A DNA stretch of 43,567 nucleotides from an uncultured Holophagaceae bacterium (GTDB lineage Bacteria; Acidobacteriota; Holophagae; Holophagales; Holophagaceae). The DNA lies in the NCBI GenBank assembly GCA_903890595.1, contig CAITBU010000053.1:1-43567 (forward strand), read 5' to 3'. Below, one piece after another: positions 38,972 through 43,567 of the stretch. Numbering within the stretch: position 1 is the first letter of the stretch; every line of letters starts with the position of its first letter. The position numbers and the translations under genes were made by a program. Below the pieces are notes generated by a model. It did no database searches. It saw only the letters and a program-made list of their open reading frames with translations, and had not been told where the DNA came from.

Positions 38972-39344
38972 CTCAAGGGACCCCCGCATGGGGGCCTACA
39001 TGATCGGGGTGGTGTCTGTTCGTTACAGCGTCCACCCCCAGACCCTGCGCCTCTACGAGCGGGAGGGCCTCCTCGCCCCCAGTCGCACCGAGGGCAAGAC
39101 CCGCCTCTACAGCGACGAGGACCTGGAGCGCCTGGAGTTCATCCTGAACCTGACCCGGGACCTGGGCGTCAATCTGGCGGGGGTGGAGGTGGTGCTGGGT
39201 CTGCGGGATCGCCTGAACCGCATGCAGGAGGACATGGAGGGGTTGGTGCGGGTGATGGAAGCCGCCGGTCTCCGGGACGTGCCGCGCCCCGCCTCCTCCA
39301 CCGGCCTGGTGAAGCTGACCCCCCAGGGTCTGCGGAAGCGCTGA
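38964..39344 (+). CDS. hspR: MerR-family heat-shock repressor HspR
   Basis: [34 protein letters not shown]; overlaps end of dnaJ. Confidence 0.88.
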   Translation: MANSRDPRMGAYMIGVVSVRYSVHPQTLRLYEREGLLAPSRTEGKTRLYSDEDLERLEFILNLTRDLGVNLAGVEVVLGLRDRLNRMQEDMEGLVRVMEAAGLRDVPRPASSTGLVKLTPQGLRKR

Positions 39345-39411
39345 GACCTGCCCTTGGTGGCACAGTCGTTATAAAGTCTGGACACACCCCCCGTTGCGCG
39401 GGGGCCTTGCT

Positions 39412-40305
39412 ATGCTGAACCCACGACCTGGGAGTTTCGTGCCCATCCGGCATCTCGAAGAGCGTTCGCTCGACAAGTACTTCGACTCGATCCGGCACCT
39501 GCCTCTGCTCACTGCCGAGGAAGAGCGGATCAACGGGCGCTTGTGGCAAAACGACCGGAACCCCGAGGGCCTGCGCCGCTTGGTGGAAGGCAACCTCCGC
39601 TTCGTGGTCAAGGAGGCCCGCAAGTTTGAGGGCATGGGTCTCGACCTCCTGGATCTCATCAGCGAGGGGAACCTGGGCCTCATCGAGGCAGCCAAGCGCT
39701 TCGACCCCGAGCGCCTGAACAAGTTCCTCACCTACGCCTCGTGGTGGGTGCGGCAGGCGATCTTCCACGCCCTCGCTGAGCACGGCAACAAGATCCGTCT
39801 GCCCCAGAAGGTGGCGGGGCATCTGGTGCAGCTCAACCGCATCACCCAGAAGCTCAGCCAGAACCTGGGCCGGACCCCCCTGCTGCAGGAGATTGCCGAA
39901 GCGTCGGGTATGGCGGTAGAAGAGGTGGAGCGCCTGCAGCTGCTCCAGCAGACCACCTCCACTGTGTCCACCGAGCAGGGCCTGGGCGACTCCGACCTCA
40001 CCGTGGGCGACAGCCTGGAGCAGGAGGTGGAGCCCTCGGCCATGCACACCATGGACCAGGAGTCCTTCCTGGAGCAGATCGAGTTCAGCCTGGCCACCCT
40101 CACCGAGAAGGAGCGCCGGATCGTCACCCTGCACTTCGGTCTGGGGGGCGAGGATCCCCTGACCCTGGAGCAGATCGGGAAGCAGTTCCGGCCCGCCATC
40201 TCCCGGGAGCGGGTGCGGCAGCTGGAAGAGCGGGCACTGGCCCGCATCCGGGAGCGCCGCAAGGATATCCTGGGGGGGTTTCTGCGGGGGAGTGACGGGC
40301 CATGA
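39412..40305 (+). CDS. Sigma70-family RNA polymerase sigma factor (RpoD/RpoS-like, no region 1.1)
   Basis: NLRFVV, DLISEGNLGLIEAAKRFDP, FLTYASWWVRQAI, ISRERVRQLE; start may instead be GTG 39439 after GGGAG. Confidence 0.92.
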   Translation: MLNPRPGSFVPIRHLEERSLDKYFDSIRHLPLLTAEEERINGRLWQNDRNPEGLRRLVEGNLRFVVKEARKFEGMGLDLLDLISEGNLGLIEAAKRFDPERLNKFLTYASWWVRQAIFHALAEHGNKIRLPQKVAGHLVQLNRITQKLSQNLGRTPLLQEIAEASGMAVEEVERLQLLQQTTSTVSTEQGLGDSDLTVGDSLEQEVEPSAMHTMDQESFLEQIEFSLATLTEKERRIVTLHFGLGGEDPLTLEQIGKQFRPAISRERVRQLEERALARIRERRKDILGGFLRGSDGP

Positions 40306-41186
40306 AGGGAAAGCCGGACTGCCCACGCTGCCAAGGCCAGGGCCTCATCTTTGATCCCGACCCGCGCAAGCCCGTGCGGATCTGCGGCTGTACCGCAGAG
40401 GTCGCCCCGGATGCCGACACCCTGGGCCTGCCCCAGCGCTACCGCGAGGCCGACTTCACCCGGTTCTGGAAGTGGTGGAACAACGCTCAGGCCAGCACCG
40501 CCCGCACCCTGCTGGACCGGGTGGGCGATCTGGAAGACCTCCTCGCCCGCCCAGTGGACGAGGTGGGTGAGCTGGAAGGTCGGGAGGAGCTGACCAAGCT
40601 CCTGGCGGCCCTGCGCAAGCGTCCCGAGCACGGCATCCGGCCCGCCGGCGCCGAGGGCCTCGCCCAGTGGGCCACCACCGGCAAGTTCAAGTTCCGCAGG
40701 GGCTGGGAGCTGTGGTGGATCCACGGGCCCGCCCAGAGTGGCCGCAGCACCTTGGCCGCTGCCGCCCTCCGGGGCTGGGTGGAGCGCACGGGTCGGAGCG
40801 GTAGCTTCGTGTCGGTGCGCACCCTCAGCCAGGCCATCAAAGACGCCTACTACGATGTGCGCAGCTATCAGAACCAGGCCTTTCAGAGCGTGCGCGACCT
40901 GATCGAGCCCCTCCAGACACCGGCCCTGCTGGTGCTGGACGACTGGGACCGCATGGACTCGGACATCCGCGTCGCCGCCGCCCTGGCCCAGCTGCTGGAC
41001 CACCGCTACAGCGCCGAGCTGCCCACCATCCTGACGGCCGCGGCTCCGCCCGAGACCTTGGAGCGCCGGGAGGGTCACCCTCTGGCCCGCCTGGACGACA
41101 GCAGCCTGCTGGAGCGCCTGCGGGGCGCCGAGCGGGTGGAGATGGTGCCCGCCCTCAAGCCATGGATTGACCGCGTGGAGCGATGA
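40302..41186 (+). CDS. DnaC/IstB-like AAA+ protein with N-terminal Zn finger and variant Walker A
   Basis: CPRC..CGC, GLPQRYREADF, GPAQSGRST, LLVLDD, LLDHRY, PTILT, LLERL; ATGA overlaps on both sides. Confidence 0.75.
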   Translation: MKGKPDCPRCQGQGLIFDPDPRKPVRICGCTAEVAPDADTLGLPQRYREADFTRFWKWWNNAQASTARTLLDRVGDLEDLLARPVDEVGELEGREELTKLLAALRKRPEHGIRPAGAEGLAQWATTGKFKFRRGWELWWIHGPAQSGRSTLAAAALRGWVERTGRSGSFVSVRTLSQAIKDAYYDVRSYQNQAFQSVRDLIEPLQTPALLVLDDWDRMDSDIRVAAALAQLLDHRYSAELPTILTAAAPPETLERREGHPLARLDDSSLLERLRGAERVEMVPALKPWIDRVER

Positions 41187-43567
41187 AAGCCCTGCTTCGC
41201 GGCCTGCTTCGAATCCACTTGGCCCGCTCCTGGGGACTCTGGCTCCTGGTGGGGGGGCTGACCCTGCTGCTGGGCTGGGGCAGCCTGCGGGTGGAGCGCG
41301 CCCTGGACCTCATGAGCCTGCTGCCGGCGGATCATCCTGTGGTGCGCGCCAACCTGGAAGCGGGGGTGGGCCACCAGGAGCTGCTCTGGCTGGTGGCCGA
41401 GGGGGGCGAGGGGGACCTGGAAGCACGGCGGGCCTGGGTCGAAGGGCTCCTGGATCGTCTCCAGACCGACAGTGGCCTGCCCTTTAATGGCCTGGCCGCC
41501 GAAGGCCGCCTCTCTGAGCCCATGGCGGATTCCGCCGGAGTGAGTCCCTGGCCAGCCCTGCTGGCGGTGGGTGCCATCGCCGAGGGCGACCCCGCCGTGG
41601 GGCGCCTCACCACCCAGACCCTCTACACCCTGGCCCCCGCGTGGCTGGGCGACCGTCTGGGCCCGCTCACAGACCCAGCGGCCCTCCAGCGTCAGCTGCA
41701 GACCACCGCCCGAGCCCTGGCTTCACCAGATCCCTTGGCCGCGGGCCTGGCGCGCCTGGACCCCCTGGGCCTGCGGGACCTGGCCCCCCAGGACAACGAA
41801 GGCATGGCCAAGGCCCGGGAGCTGAACCGGGCCTTCACCCTGCGGATTCGTGCGGGCTACATGGAGACCAAGGACGGGCGCTTCGTCCTCCTGCCCCTGG
41901 TGGCGGCCTTCCCACCCACGGCTGCCAAGGCCACCACCCGAGCCCTGCTGTGGCTGGGCCGGGGTGCCAAGGGGATCTTGCCGGAGAAGGTCGGCCTCTC
42001 GGAGGCCGCCGCCGCCCTGGCCCCGGGCCCCGAGCGGGCCTTTGCCCTTCAGGTCACAGGCGCCCACGCCATCACCGCCTGGGAGTCCCACCGCCTCACC
42101 CTGGAGGTCCTGCAGAGCCTGGGGCTGAGCTTCCTGCTGGTGGGCCTGGTCTACTGGCTGGGCTTCCGCACCCTCGCAGGCTATGGCTTCGTCATGGTGC
42201 CCCTCCTGGTGGGCATGTTCTGGGCCCTGGGCCTCACGGGCTGGGTGCTGGGCCGGGTCAACCTCATGGCTGCGGGCTTCGGTGCCGTGCTCCTGGGGGT
42301 GGGCGACGATGTGGGCATCCTCCTCTTCAGCCGCTACCGGGATGAACGCCGGGCGGGCCGGAACCGGGGTCTGGCCCTGCGTGCCGCCCTCCTGGGTACC
42401 GGCCCCGGCGTGGTGGCTGGTGCTCTGGCCACGGCCATGGCCTTCCTGGCCCTGGCCTTCGCCCCCTTCCCGGGCATCCGGGACCTGGGCGTCACCACGG
42501 GCCTGGGCCTACTGGCCTGCCTCGTCGCCACCTTCCTGGTGCTGCCGCCCCTGCTGCTGGTGTTCGATCGCGGCACCGGGGCCTTCGCCCCGGGCCCCGC
42601 CCTGCCCCTGCCTCGGCAGCGCCGCTGGGCCCCCTGGGCCGCCCTGGCCCTGCTGGCCGTGGCCTTGGTGGGGGCTCCCCGCACCCGGTGGGAGGAAGAC
42701 CTCCGCCGCTTCCGAGCCCTGGGCAACCCGGCCCTCACCCTGCAGGAGCGCCTCAGCCGCTCCCTCGGTGCCAGCCTCCAGCCCCTCGCCCTCCAGATCC
42801 CCCTGGACGACCCGGATCGACTGCCCGCCCGGTGGAACCGCCTCAGCCCCATCCTGCGCCAGGCCGGCCTCCCCATCCCCGACTGGAAGCTTCTGGACCC
42901 GGAGCTGCGCCATGTCCTGGGCTCCGAGACCTGGCGCCACCAGGTGCTGGAAGCCGCAGCCAAGGCTGGCTTGGACCCCGCAGGCCTGGAAGGTCCCCTC
43001 ACGGCCCTGGCCGCCGCGGCCGCCGATCCCGGCCAGCCCGTGCGGGCGCTCCAGTCCCTGCTGCCCCGCACCGCGCCGCCGGAGACCCGCCGACCCTGGA
43101 CCCTGTGGGAGGGCCTCCGCCGGCGTCCCCCACCCGTCGCTGCCCCCCTCGCCCTGACCCTGCCCCTGCGCCTGGACGAAGCCACCCTGGAGCGCCTCAC
43201 CCCTGCGGTGGAGGCCGCCGGTGGGCGCTTTGTGGGCACCCAGCCCCTGTTCCGGGTGGTCAAGGGCATTGCCAAGGAGGCCGTCCAGCAGGCGGTGCTG
43301 CTGGCCCTGGCCGCCATCCTCGGGATCATCGCCTTCTTTGGCCGCAGCCTGCGCTTCATGCTCCTGGCCCTGGTGCCGCTCCTGGCCAGCCAGGCGGGGG
43401 TGCTGGGCGCCCTGGGCTGGGGCGGCGAGCCCCTGACCTTCCTGTCCCTCATGGCCATCCCCATCGCCCTGGGCGTGAGTGTGGACACCGCCTTCAACCT
43501 GCTGCACCGGGCCCGGGGCGAGGCCGATGCCCCCCGCCAGGTGGCCCGGGTGAACGCCGTCTGCGCC
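41183..43567 (+). CDS. MMPL/RND-family membrane transporter (runs off right edge)
   Basis: Hand translation of open frame from ATG 41183: MKALLRGLLRIH...DLMSLLP; TM block with VPLLVG, LLGVGDD, TAMAFLAL, PGIRDLG, LVLPPLL; second block IALGVSVD. Confidence 0.88.
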   Translation, partial: MKALLRGLLRIHLARSWGLWLLVGGLTLLLGWGSLRVERALDLMSLLPADHPVVRANLEAGVGHQELLWLVAEGGEGDLEARRAWVEGLLDRLQTDSGLPFNGLAAEGRLSEPMADSAGVSPWPALLAVGAIAEGDPAVGRLTTQTLYTLAPAWLGDRLGPLTDPAALQRQLQTTARALASPDPLAAGLARLDPLGLRDLAPQDNEGMAKARELNRAFTLRIRAGYMETKDGRFVLLPLVAAFPPTAAKATTRALLWLGRGAKGILPEKVGLSEAAAALAPGPERAFALQVTGAHAITAWESHRLTLEVLQSLGLSFLLVGLVYWLGFRTLAGYGFVMVPLLVGMFWALGLTGWVLGRVNLMAAGFGAVLLGVGDDVGILLFSRYRDERRAGRNRGLALRAALLGTGPGVVAGALATAMAFLALAFAPFPGIRDLGVTTGLGLLACLVATFLVLPPLLLVFDRGTGAFAPGPALPLPRQRRWAPWAALALLAVALVGAPRTRWEEDLRRFRALGNPALTLQERLSRSLGASLQPLALQIPLDDPDRLPARWNRLSPILRQAGLPIPDWKLLDPELRHVLGSETWRHQVLEAAAKAGLDPAGLEGPLTALAAAAADPGQPVRALQSLLPRTAPPETRRPWTLWEGLRRRPPPVAAPLALTLPLRLDEATLERLTPAVEAAGGRFVGTQPLFRVVKGIAKEAVQQAVLLALAAILGIIAFFGRSLRFMLLALVPLLASQAGVLGALGWGGEPLTFLSLMAIPIALGVSVDTAFNLLHRARGEADAPRQVARVNAVCA

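Noticed and set aside
40302-41186. IS21 element or prophage replication module
   Set aside because: No IstA transposase, terminal repeats or phage genes; gene is coupled to core-like neighbours

Overview
High-GC bacterial window, gene-dense on both strands; gene style suggests Acidobacteriota of the Holophaga/Geothrix type (inference, not proven). Left half (1-22.2 kb) looks like an accessory nutrient-acquisition locus: Oar-like TonB-dependent receptor (partial), outer-membrane beta-barrel, OmpR-type regulator with a beta-propeller sensor kinase, dicarboxylate/glutamate symporter, Ig-repeat lipoprotein, secreted C45/Ntn hydrolase, two lipoprotein N-formylglutamate-amidohydrolase-like enzymes, a signal-peptide-bearing Glu/Asp racemase, an alpha/beta-hydrolase-CapA fusion, PepT-like M20 peptidase, RpiR/MurR regulator, POT peptide transporter and tricorn-like S41 protease. 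Three intergenic regions carry the same promoter signature, TTAACAGG-N2-TTAACCG-N10-CA(C/A)ACT, which ties transport, surface and enzyme genes into one probable regulon; together this suggests an undescribed system for extracytoplasmic breakdown and uptake of D-/gamma-glutamyl peptides (poly-gamma-glutamate or peptidoglycan-derived). Right half is core-like: LbH acyltransferase, glutathione peroxidase, uppS-cdsA-dxr-rseP, an unusual MglA-GTPase-PAS-histidine kinase-receiver fusion, a second OmpR regulator, ArnC-like glycosyltransferase, ABC transporter, yacG, dnaK-dnaJ-hspR (no grpE), a sigma70-family factor, a degenerate DnaC/IstB-like ATPase and a partial MMPL transporter. No rRNA, tRNA, CRISPR array or mobile element was recognised by eye.
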